Shown one piece after another: positions 28,465 through 35,773 of a stretch of 64,000 bases of DNA. Every line of letters begins with the position of its first letter. Position 1 is the stretch's first letter. The notes below the pieces were generated by a model. That model was not told the DNA's origin, ran no database searches, and saw only the letters and a list, made by a program, of their open reading frames with translations. The DNA is from Candidatus Brocadiia bacterium (GTDB lineage: Bacteria > Planctomycetota > Brocadiia > CAIUPP01). The position numbers and the translations under genes are program-made. The stretch is from NCBI GenBank assembly GCA_050015075.1, contig JBEKCB010000021.1, positions 24,303 through 88,302 of the forward strand, written 5' to 3'.

Positions 28465-28491
28465 TTATCGGCCGCGATGCGGCGGGATTTA
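28465..28491 (-). promoter_or_regulatory. Sigma28 (FliA/WhiG)-type promoter
   Basis: The minus strand reads TAAA-N15-GCCGATAA, an exact consensus match. Confidence 0.7.
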
Positions 28492-28552
28492 GGAAAAATC
28501 GAGAGCCTTTCGGGCCGCCCGGGACGCCGGCGAGAACGCGCGTCCGCGCGAT

Positions 28553-28582
28553 TTGACCGACGCCGCCGCCGGCCCCTATAAT
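28553..28582 (+). promoter_or_regulatory. Sigma70 promoter giving a probably leaderless mRNA
   Basis: TTGACC-N18-TATAAT; ATG at 28589, with 6 nt between it and the -10 box and no SD. Confidence 0.55.
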
Positions 28583-28588
28583 CCCGGC

Positions 28589-29860
28589 ATGACGACGACC
28601 GACATACTCATTCAGCGGGCTCCCGAGCTTGCCGCCATCATCATCCTCCTGAGTTGTTCGGCCGTATTCAGCGCGGCGGAGACTGCGCTTTTCTCGCTGA
28701 CCCATGAGGACTTGCGGAAGCTCAGTCTTTCTTCGTCCCGGTCGAGCCGCGCCATCCGGTCGCTGCTGCGGGACCCGCAGGCGCTGCTGGCGGCCGTGCT
28801 GCTCGGGAACATGGTCGTCAACCTGAGCATCTACGGCCTGAGCATCCTCATCGCCATCCAGCTCGCGGAGGTCTCGCACTTTGCCGCGGCGGTCTGCGGC
28901 GTCGTCTCGCTGCTGGCGGTCATCCTCCTGACCGAGGCGAGCCCCAAAGGGATTGCGGTCGGCCGGCCGGTGGAGGTCGCGCATTGGGTTGCGTGGCCTC
29001 TGCTCCAGTTTTTCCGCGTCGTCCGCCCGGTCAGCAACCTGATTCGATTCGTGGCGCGGGAGTGCACGGACGCGCTGACCCGGCGCTTCAGCCCGGCGCC
29101 GTACGTCACGCGCGGCGAACTCCAGACGCTCATCGCCATGGCCGAGCAGCAGGGAACCCTGAGCGGCCAGGCGCGCGGGATGATCGAGCAGGTGGTGGAC
29201 CTCACGAACCTGCGCGCCAGGGAGCTGATGACGCCGCGCGTGGATATGCCGCTGTTCAACGTGGCCGCCGGCGCCGAAGGGTTCTCCGAGCTGGTGCAGA
29301 TTGACCGCCAGGAACGCGTGCTCGCCTATGAGGGATCGGCCGATAATGTGGTCGGCATGCTCTTCACGCGTGACGTGCTGCTCCATCCCGAGGCGGAGAT
29401 CCACAGCCTGCTCCGGCCGGTGAGGTTCGTGCCGGAGACGCAGCCGGCCGAGGCGCTGCTGCGTTACTTCACGCACGCGCGCGATTCCGTCGCCATCGTC
29501 GTGGACGAGTACGGCGGCACGGCCGGGCTGGTGACGATCGAGCATATCCTCGAGGAGGTCGTCGGCGAGATCCGCGAGAAGCCGCGCGCCGAGGAGCCGG
29601 CCGTCCGGAGGCTCGATGAGGACACCTACGTCCTGGCCGGGAACCTGAGCACGCGCGACTGGCGGCCGCTGCTGGGCGCCGGCTTCGACCCGGCCGGCGT
29701 CGAGACGCTCGGCGGATTCGTCATGTCGCTGCTCGGCCGCGTCCCGAAGGAAGGCGAAAGCGTCGAGAGGCGCGGGCTGCGTTTTGTCGTCGAGAAGATG
29801 TCCGGCCGCCGCGTCGCACGCGTTCGAGTCCAGCGGCTTCGGCGAGAGGGCGAGGCATGA
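28589..29860 (+). CDS. CNNM (DUF21)-CBS-CorC/HlyC metal transporter family protein
   Basis: 'FSAAETALFSL', 'LLGNMVVN', 'EASPK', 'MTPRVD', 'VVDEYGGTAGLVTIEHILEEVVGEI' and 'ETLGGFV'. Confidence 0.92.
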   Translation: MTTTDILIQRAPELAAIIILLSCSAVFSAAETALFSLTHEDLRKLSLSSSRSSRAIRSLLRDPQALLAAVLLGNMVVNLSIYGLSILIAIQLAEVSHFAAAVCGVVSLLAVILLTEASPKGIAVGRPVEVAHWVAWPLLQFFRVVRPVSNLIRFVARECTDALTRRFSPAPYVTRGELQTLIAMAEQQGTLSGQARGMIEQVVDLTNLRARELMTPRVDMPLFNVAAGAEGFSELVQIDRQERVLAYEGSADNVVGMLFTRDVLLHPEAEIHSLLRPVRFVPETQPAEALLRYFTHARDSVAIVVDEYGGTAGLVTIEHILEEVVGEIREKPRAEEPAVRRLDEDTYVLAGNLSTRDWRPLLGAGFDPAGVETLGGFVMSLLGRVPKEGESVERRGLRFVVEKMSGRRVARVRVQRLRREGEA

Positions 29861-30834
29861 TGACCGCGCTGTGGATCGCCCTGTCCATCCTCGTGGCGGC
29901 ATTTTACGCCGCGGCGGAGACGGGCGCCTATCGCCTCAACCGAATCCGGCTTCACGGCGAGGCGAAACACGGGCGGCGTACGGCGGCGCTGACCGAAAGC
30001 GTGGTCGCGGACATGGAACGATACGTCTGCATGACGCTGACGGCGCACAACACGGCGGTTTACTGCGGCACGGTGTTCTTCACGGCGCTGGTCGCCCACT
30101 GCCTGCGGGGGCAGCGCGAGCTGGTGGTGGAGCTCATCAGCACGGTAACGCTGTCGCCGGTGATGCTGATCTTCGGCGAGGTGGTTCCCAAGAGCGTGGC
30201 CCAGGTGCTGGCGGACCCGCTGATGCGCTGGTCGAGCCCGCTGCTCTGGCTGACGAACAAAGCGCTCTGGCCGGTGGTCACGATGCTGCTCGGCCTGGTG
30301 GCGTTCTGGCGGCGGCTGCTCGGAGGCCGAGCCGAGCCGCGCAAGACCGTCGTCACGGCGCAGTACCTCGGCACGCTGCTTTCGGCGGGCACTCAGGAAG
30401 GCGTGATCACGCCGCAGCAGGACGTGATCGTCCGGAACATCCTGCAATTGCGGGGCCGGCCGGTGCGGGAGATCATGACGGCGATGTCGCACGTGCAGAT
30501 GGTCCCGGTGGATGCGGACCCGCAGCAGGCGCGGCAGGAGATCGCGCGCTTCACCCACGCGCGGCTGCCGGTCTACGAGGGCGACCGGTCGAATGTCGTC
30601 GGGAGTTTGCGGGTCCTCGATTACCTCTGCGGCGATGAAGGCGGCGACATTCGCAAGCTGCTTCGCCCGCCGCTGTTCCTCAACGCGGAGACCGGCGTGG
30701 ACGAGGCCTTCCGCCGCCTGCAGGAAAGCGCCCAGAGCATGGCCGTCGTCGTAGGCGCGCATGACCGCGCCGTCGGCGTCATCACGATAGACGACCTGCT
30801 GCAAGGCGTTTTCAGCACCCTCGGCTCGTTTTAG
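29857..30834 (+). CDS. CNNM (DUF21)-CBS protein lacking the CorC domain
   Basis: 'FYAAAETGAY', 'IFGEVVPKS', 'ARLPVY' and 'GVITIDDLL'. ATGA-coupled to the previous gene. Confidence 0.9.
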   Translation: MMTALWIALSILVAAFYAAAETGAYRLNRIRLHGEAKHGRRTAALTESVVADMERYVCMTLTAHNTAVYCGTVFFTALVAHCLRGQRELVVELISTVTLSPVMLIFGEVVPKSVAQVLADPLMRWSSPLLWLTNKALWPVVTMLLGLVAFWRRLLGGRAEPRKTVVTAQYLGTLLSAGTQEGVITPQQDVIVRNILQLRGRPVREIMTAMSHVQMVPVDADPQQARQEIARFTHARLPVYEGDRSNVVGSLRVLDYLCGDEGGDIRKLLRPPLFLNAETGVDEAFRRLQESAQSMAVVVGAHDRAVGVITIDDLLQGVFSTLGSF

Positions 30835-30858
30835 GCCCGGATAAGCCAACCGGGTTGC

Positions 30859-30998
30859 TTGACAGCGGCAATTAGGCCGTATAATCTACGGCTGCGAAGG
30901 CCGGAAGCCCTCTGTCAATGCACCATTTCCCGGGGCATGGCCGATACGGCAGCGAGATTCCGAAGTGGTGCGCTTAGCCTTTTGCAGGAACCACACCG
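30859..30998 (+). promoter_or_regulatory. Sigma70 promoter plus structured 5' leader (riboswitch candidate)
   Basis: TTGACA at 30859; TATAAT/TAATCT at 30880-87. Helices 30892-30901/30977-30987, 30920-29/30962-71 and 30940-43/30947-50. Confidence 0.45.
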
Positions 30999-31814
30999 AT
31001 GCTGGACCCGGGTACAGTCGGCCTGGCGACCGCGGTGTTCGTCGCGTCCTCGGTCGAGTGCGTGGAGGCGTTCACCATTGTGCTCGCGGTGGGGATGACG
31101 CGAAGCTGGAAGTCCACCATCGTCGGCTCGATTCTGGCCCTGCTGGCGCTGACCGTGATTGTAGCGGTCGCCGGGGTCGGCCTGCGCAACACCATTTCAC
31201 CATCGCTGCTTCAGTTGATCATCGGCGCGCTGCTGCTGGTCTTCGGCTTGCAATGGCTGCGCAAGGCCATCCTGCGCGAGAGCGGCCTGAAGGCAAAGCA
31301 TGACGAGGCGAGCATCTACCGCCGCGAACAGGAAGAAGCGCGCCAGGCGAGTCACCTGATGCGCGGCGGCCTCGACTGGTTCGCGTTCGTCGTATCCTTC
31401 AAGGGAGTCTTCCTGGAAGGGCTCGAGGTCGTCTTCATCGTGATCACGTTCGGCCTGAGCGCGAGCGTGCAGAATCCGCACAGCATGTTCATCGCCTCCA
31501 TGGCCGCGCTGGCCGCGTTCGTGGTGGTGTTGATCGCGGGCGTCATGGTCCACAAGCCGTTGTCCTCCGTGCCGGAGAACCTGCTCAAGTTCGGCGTGGC
31601 CATCCTGCTGTGCACCTTTGGAACGTTCTGGTCCACGGAGGGCCTGGGCTACTTCACGGCCGGCCACGGAAGCCTTGAGTGGCCGGGCGGCGAATGGGCC
31701 CTGCTGGGCGTGCTCCTGTCCTGGATCATCGTATCGTCTCTCTTCGTTCGCGCACTCCGTCGCCTTCATCCGGCCGTGGCCTCGGCCCCGGCCGTCACGG
31801 GAGCGGACAAATGA
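30999..31814 (+). CDS. COG4280-like membrane protein (LysE superfamily, related to FTR1/GDT1), probable metal transporter
   Basis: Two intramembrane ExxE repeats ('VECVEAFTIV', 'LEGLEVVFIV') and about 7 TM helices. Confidence 0.7.
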   Translation: MLDPGTVGLATAVFVASSVECVEAFTIVLAVGMTRSWKSTIVGSILALLALTVIVAVAGVGLRNTISPSLLQLIIGALLLVFGLQWLRKAILRESGLKAKHDEASIYRREQEEARQASHLMRGGLDWFAFVVSFKGVFLEGLEVVFIVITFGLSASVQNPHSMFIASMAALAAFVVVLIAGVMVHKPLSSVPENLLKFGVAILLCTFGTFWSTEGLGYFTAGHGSLEWPGGEWALLGVLLSWIIVSSLFVRALRRLHPAVASAPAVTGADK

Positions 31815-32029
31815 AATATGTACTCGGCTTCCTGCGGTTCTGGTATGACTTCGTCATCGGCGACTGCTGGCAGATCGCCGCGGGCGTGGTCGTCGTGCTC
31901 GGGTGCGGGGCGTGGCTGGCGCACTCGCAGATCATCCGCCCCGGCCTGATCCCTCCGGTCGCCGGACTCGGCGTCGTCCTGGTCGTCGTCATCAGCCTGC
32001 TCGCGACCGCGCGAGAGCGCGCACGGTAG
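31811..32029 (+). CDS. Small two-TM membrane protein
   Basis: MKYVLGFLRFWYDFVIGDCWQIAAGV...; ATGA overlap with the COG4280-like gene. Confidence 0.7.
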   Translation: MKYVLGFLRFWYDFVIGDCWQIAAGVVVVLGCGAWLAHSQIIRPGLIPPVAGLGVVLVVVISLLATARERAR

Positions 32030-32075
32030 GCGCCGCAATCCGGTTCGACGGGGGAAAATGGGGCGAATCGAACCT

Positions 32076-33344
32076 ATGTCCCAACCGCTATCCGCCTGGC
32101 GGCGAGCCATGGAGTTCCTCGGCCTGAAACGCAGCATGGCCGGCATGCTGGGCATGGTCATCCTCGTCGGAATGGGCGAGCAGATCGGCGAGCGTTTCCT
32201 CCCGCGGTACATCGAGGTGTTGTCGGGCGGCGCCGTCGGCAAAGTCCTCACGGTGACGAGTATCCTCGCCATCGGCTTGCTCGCCGGCATGGACGACCTG
32301 CTTTCGGCGCTCTACTCGTTCCCCGGTGGGTACCTCAGCGACCGGCTGGGCACGAAGCGCGCGCTCCTGGTTTTCAACTTCCTCTCCATGTTCGGGTACG
32401 TCGTCATCCTCGTCATTCACACCTGGTGGGCGGTGCTGGTCGGGGCGGCGTTCTTCATCTCCTGGTCGGCCATTTCGCTGCCGGCGACGATGGAGATCGT
32501 GGCGAAGGTAGTGCCGAAGAACAAGCGCGCCATGGGCGTTTCGATGACCTCGCTGATCCGGCGCGTCCCCAAGACGCTCGGGCCGGTCATCGGCGGCACG
32601 TTCATTGCGCTCTGGGGCATAGACCGCGGCGTGCGCGCGGCGTTTGTGGCGGCCATCGCGCTGGCGCTCGTCGGGATGATCGTGCAACAACGCTTCATCG
32701 AGGACGACCGGCTCCGCCCCGGCGATCCGCCTCGCCCGAAGGCGGAGAAAAATCCGTTCAGGCTCTATCGTGAAATGAGCCCCCAACTGCGCAATCTGCT
32801 CATCTCCGACATCCTCATCCGCTTCTGCGAGCGCATTCCCGATTGCTTTGTCATCATCTGGTGCACCGTGCAGATCCTGCGGCCGGTCACGGATTTCACT
32901 TTCGGCTGGCTCTCGGCCGTCGAGCAGGTGACCGCGGTGCTCTGCTACATCCCGGTGGCGCACATGGCCGACCGGTTCGGGAAGAAGCCGTTCGTGGCGG
33001 TCACCTTCGGCTTCTTCACGCTCTTCCCGCTGATGCTCATGTTCGCGCAGTCGCTCTGGGCGCTGGTGCCGGTGTTCGTCCTGCGCGGCCTGAAGGAGTT
33101 CGGCGAGCCGTCGCGCAAGGCGCTCATCATGGACCTGGCCCCGGAGGACCGGAAGGCGGCCATGTTCGGGCTGTACTACCTGATCCGCGACGTCTTCGTG
33201 TCGCTCGCGGCCTTCGGCGGGTCGCTGCTCTGGCTGATCGGCCCGAGAGTCAACCTGCTGGCCGCCTTCGCCTTCGGCGTCATCGGCACGACCTGGTTCG
33301 TGCTGAAAGGACGCGACCTGTCGCGCGCTCCAGGAGCCGCGTGA
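32076..33344 (+). CDS. MFS transporter
   Basis: Motif A 'GGYLSDRLGTKR' and 'MADRFGKK'; about 12 TM helices. The start could be 32058. Confidence 0.9.
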   Translation: MSQPLSAWRRAMEFLGLKRSMAGMLGMVILVGMGEQIGERFLPRYIEVLSGGAVGKVLTVTSILAIGLLAGMDDLLSALYSFPGGYLSDRLGTKRALLVFNFLSMFGYVVILVIHTWWAVLVGAAFFISWSAISLPATMEIVAKVVPKNKRAMGVSMTSLIRRVPKTLGPVIGGTFIALWGIDRGVRAAFVAAIALALVGMIVQQRFIEDDRLRPGDPPRPKAEKNPFRLYREMSPQLRNLLISDILIRFCERIPDCFVIIWCTVQILRPVTDFTFGWLSAVEQVTAVLCYIPVAHMADRFGKKPFVAVTFGFFTLFPLMLMFAQSLWALVPVFVLRGLKEFGEPSRKALIMDLAPEDRKAAMFGLYYLIRDVFVSLAAFGGSLLWLIGPRVNLLAAFAFGVIGTTWFVLKGRDLSRAPGAA

Positions 33345-33482
33345 CCAGGTTCTGACCCGCAGCGCAGCCGATTGCCGAGGCGCGAAAATCCGGCCCTCCT
33401 TGCATCTTTCCGTTGCAAGCGATACATTCTCTTTCGACCGCGGCGGTGACCGCGGCATGATCTTCAAGACGAGAGCAGCCGG

Positions 33483-34874
33483 ATGACGCGCGAGAGTGCG
33501 ATCCTCGAACGAAGAAATGGAACCCGGAACAAGCTTCTCGCCGGGGACCGTCAAGCACATGACTGGTACCGTTTTGTTCTTTCGTTCCCGCCGCACCTTG
33601 TCCGCGACTATCTCCAGCGCTTCCGGGTGAGCGCGGGACAATGTGCACTCGATCCGTTCTGCGGCACTGGAACCACACTCGTCGAATGCAAGAAACTGGG
33701 GATACGCAGCGTCGGCGTCGAGGCCAATCCCATGGCTTGGTTTGCCAGCCGCGTTAAAACGAATTGGAGCGGACGCCCGGAAGGACTGCGCCAGCACGCA
33801 GAATTCGTCGCCGACAGGACCTTGGAGCGTTTGCGGGCCGACGGGATTGAGGACGATCCATTCTTTCGCGCCCCCAGACGAGCCCGTACCGCCTTGCGCG
33901 GATTGGCGCCGGAGCAAGAAAGTTTACTCCTCAGCGGCTCCATCAGCCCGATGCCGTTACACAAGACTCTCGTCCTCCTGGAAACTCTGCAAGAGCACCG
34001 CGATGAACGCTTTGACGATTACGAGCGGTTGGCCCTCGCCAAGGCCCTTGTTCAGACCATCGGCAACTTGCATTTCGGGCCGGAAGTCGGCGTAGGACCG
34101 GCCAAGCCGGACGCGCGCGTGGTTTCCTCCTGGCTGGAAGGCGTCAACGCTATTGCGAATGATCTGCGCGAGTTGGCGCGCTTGGAGCGGACTCCGGCAA
34201 CCGTTCACAACGCGGACTCGCGTCAGATTGCAGACCTGCTTCAGCCCGAAAGCGTTGACGCCGTAATTACGTCGCCCCCTTACCCGAACGAGAAAGACTA
34301 CACGCGCACGACCCGGTTGGAGTTGGTCATCCTCGGGTTGATTCACAGCAAGGAGGAATTGCGTAATCTCAAGAAAGGCCTTGTGCGTTCCAACACGCGC
34401 AGCGTGTACGTCGCCGACGACGACGATCAGTGGATTCGTGACCATCCGGAAATCAAGCGAATCGCCGACGCGATCGAGAGCCGACGTATCGAGTTGGGCA
34501 AGACCTCCGGTTTTGAACGGCTTTATCCGCGCGTGACCAAGCTCTACTTCGGCGGCATGGCGCGACATCTGGCCGGATTACGCCAAGTCCTTCGACCGGG
34601 CGCGCAACTGGCCTATGTCGTCGGGGACCAAGCATCGTACTTGCGCGTCATGATCCGCACGGGCAAGATACTCGCGGAAATCGCGCAATCACTCGGGTAT
34701 GAATTGACCGGCATTGACCTCTTCCGCACGCGACTCGCGACGGCAACGCGGGAGCAGTTGCGCGAGGAAGTCGTATTGCTTCGCTGGCCGGGGACCGTGG
34801 CAACAACATGCGTCCGGGAGCGTCCGGCAAAATACCGACGGAAGCTACGAAGAACAGGGAAGAAACGGAGATGA
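33483..34874 (+). CDS. Amino-DNA methyltransferase (probably N4-cytosine, alpha-type motif order)
   Basis: Motif I 'LDPFCGTGTT' precedes motif IV 'TSPPY'. Confidence 0.88.
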   Translation: MTRESAILERRNGTRNKLLAGDRQAHDWYRFVLSFPPHLVRDYLQRFRVSAGQCALDPFCGTGTTLVECKKLGIRSVGVEANPMAWFASRVKTNWSGRPEGLRQHAEFVADRTLERLRADGIEDDPFFRAPRRARTALRGLAPEQESLLLSGSISPMPLHKTLVLLETLQEHRDERFDDYERLALAKALVQTIGNLHFGPEVGVGPAKPDARVVSSWLEGVNAIANDLRELARLERTPATVHNADSRQIADLLQPESVDAVITSPPYPNEKDYTRTTRLELVILGLIHSKEELRNLKKGLVRSNTRSVYVADDDDQWIRDHPEIKRIADAIESRRIELGKTSGFERLYPRVTKLYFGGMARHLAGLRQVLRPGAQLAYVVGDQASYLRVMIRTGKILAEIAQSLGYELTGIDLFRTRLATATREQLREEVVLLRWPGTVATTCVRERPAKYRRKLRRTGKKRR

Positions 34875-35686
34875 GCAAGCAGAACCGATACGAGGATATC
34901 ATTGAGGCCATCTTTCGTTCGCATTCCATAGTACCAAGCGGATATAAGGAGTTCGAGTTCGGCCGAGACGAAATAGAACGTCAAGCGAAAAAGCTTCGCA
35001 TCCAGCTGCCCAAAAACCTGGGCGACCTCATCTATAGTTTCCGCTATCGGACAGAGCTGCCGCCCTGGATTCGTCATTATGCGCCTGAAGGAAAGCAGTG
35101 GGTTATTCGCCCTGCTGGGCGCAGCCGGTATCGCTTCGCGCTCGTCAGCGCGGCGCGTATCGAACCACATCCGCTCGCGCCCGAGATAAAGATACCCGAT
35201 GCGACTCCGGGAATCATCGCCAGGCATTCCCTGTCTGATGAACAGGCGCTTCTGGCTAGAGTACGATACAACCGCCTCCTGGACATCTTCTGCGGCGTTG
35301 CAGCCTATTCGCTTCAAAGCCACTTGCGCAGTTCAGTTCCGGAAATGGGACAAGTAGAGACAGACGAAGTTTACGTCGGCATTCATCGCCGCGGAGCGCA
35401 GTACGTCTTTCCGGTTCAGGCGAAGGGCAAAAAGGACAAGCTCAGTCTTATCCAGATCGAGCAAGACCTCGCCCTTTGCAAGCTGAGATTCCCAGGCTTG
35501 ATTTGCCGGCCTATCGGCGCACAGTTCCTTCCAGACCAAGGCATCGTCCTGTTCGAGTTTCGGGAAATGGAGGGGGTGGTCAAGCTGATTGCCGAAGAAC
35601 ACTATCGTCTTGTTCCCTCCGATCAAATCACACAGGAAGACCTCAAGGCTTACGCGGCGCTTGTCGGCAAAGACCAGCTACAATAG
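34871..35686 (+). CDS. Putative type II restriction endonuclease (PD-(D/E)xK)
   Basis: ATGA-coupled to the MTase; 'GQVETDEVYVG...PVQAKG' catalytic-like motif; more AT-rich than its flanks. Confidence 0.75.
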   Translation: MSKQNRYEDIIEAIFRSHSIVPSGYKEFEFGRDEIERQAKKLRIQLPKNLGDLIYSFRYRTELPPWIRHYAPEGKQWVIRPAGRSRYRFALVSAARIEPHPLAPEIKIPDATPGIIARHSLSDEQALLARVRYNRLLDIFCGVAAYSLQSHLRSSVPEMGQVETDEVYVGIHRRGAQYVFPVQAKGKKDKLSLIQIEQDLALCKLRFPGLICRPIGAQFLPDQGIVLFEFREMEGVVKLIAEEHYRLVPSDQITQEDLKAYAALVGKDQLQ

Positions 35687-35773
35687 ACTCCACCGCTGTT
35701 GAAAGATTCCGCCCAACCCGCTAGATTCTTGTATCCGGCCGCGCCTGCGCCGGCTTTATCTCAAGGGTGAGAA

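Noticed and set aside
35687-35773. T-box leader for ileS
   Set aside because: The gap is too short and lacks the T-box consensus.
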